Shown: positions 32,231-32,240 of the stretch, in pieces
How the letters are laid out: each line of letters opens with the position of its first letter
Position numbering within the stretch: position 1 is the first letter of the stretch
IMG/VR virus record: IMGVR_UViG_3300033146_001876
Coordinates: 1-32,240 of that record
Reading direction: 5' to 3' (one strand)
Origin: a virus
Lineage: Duplodnaviria > Caudoviricetes
DNA length: 32,240 nt
Made by a program: the position numbers and the translations under genes
Notes under the pieces: generated by a model
What the model was told of the DNA's origin: nothing
The model's database searches: none
The model's input: the letters and a program-made list of their open reading frames with translations, nothing else

Positions 32231-32240
32231 ATGAATGATC
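32231..32240 (+). CDS. Start of the next early gene (partial, MND...)
   Basis: ATG correctly spaced after the RBS of promoter copy 4; truncated by the window edge. Confidence 0.5.

Noticed and set aside
1-32240. Stop-codon reassignment, tRNA genes, introns or inteins
   Set aside because: Genes are full length and tightly packed in the standard code; intergenic gaps are short and explained; no cloverleaf, splicing or homing-nuclease motifs seen

Overview
AT-rich segment of a large T4-like (Tevenvirinae-style or jumbo) contractile-tailed phage genome, standard genetic code. 1-24640 (+) is a baseplate/tail module: gp7- and gp8-like wedge proteins, two paralogous fibre-adaptor proteins, several fibre/collar/chaperone genes, three tandem tube-fold genes, gp26-like hub/chaperone, probable tape measure, gp48, gp53, gp27-like hub and a gp5 split into two ORFs. 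A bidirectional terminator separates this from a second long tail fibre on the minus strand (24684-27386). Then come a CCA-adding enzyme, a late-promoter-driven cluster of four small proteins with T4 internal-protein-like N-termini, and early gene cassettes each headed by a repeated sigma70 promoter/RBS element. Best non-obvious signals: (i) a 100-bp, 99%-identical inverted repeat shared in frame by the two convergent fibre genes, so a crossover would swap fibre tips; (ii) an unannotated, start-less gp51-like ORF reachable by a -1 frameshift on T-TTT-TTT just upstream of the tape measure; (iii) a 20-bp inverted repeat that would mask the tube-gene RBS on read-through mRNA, with a TATAAATA late promoter in its loop; (iv) the putative capsid-packaged (injected) protein cluster. 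All family calls come from motif recognition by eye; no database searches were run.
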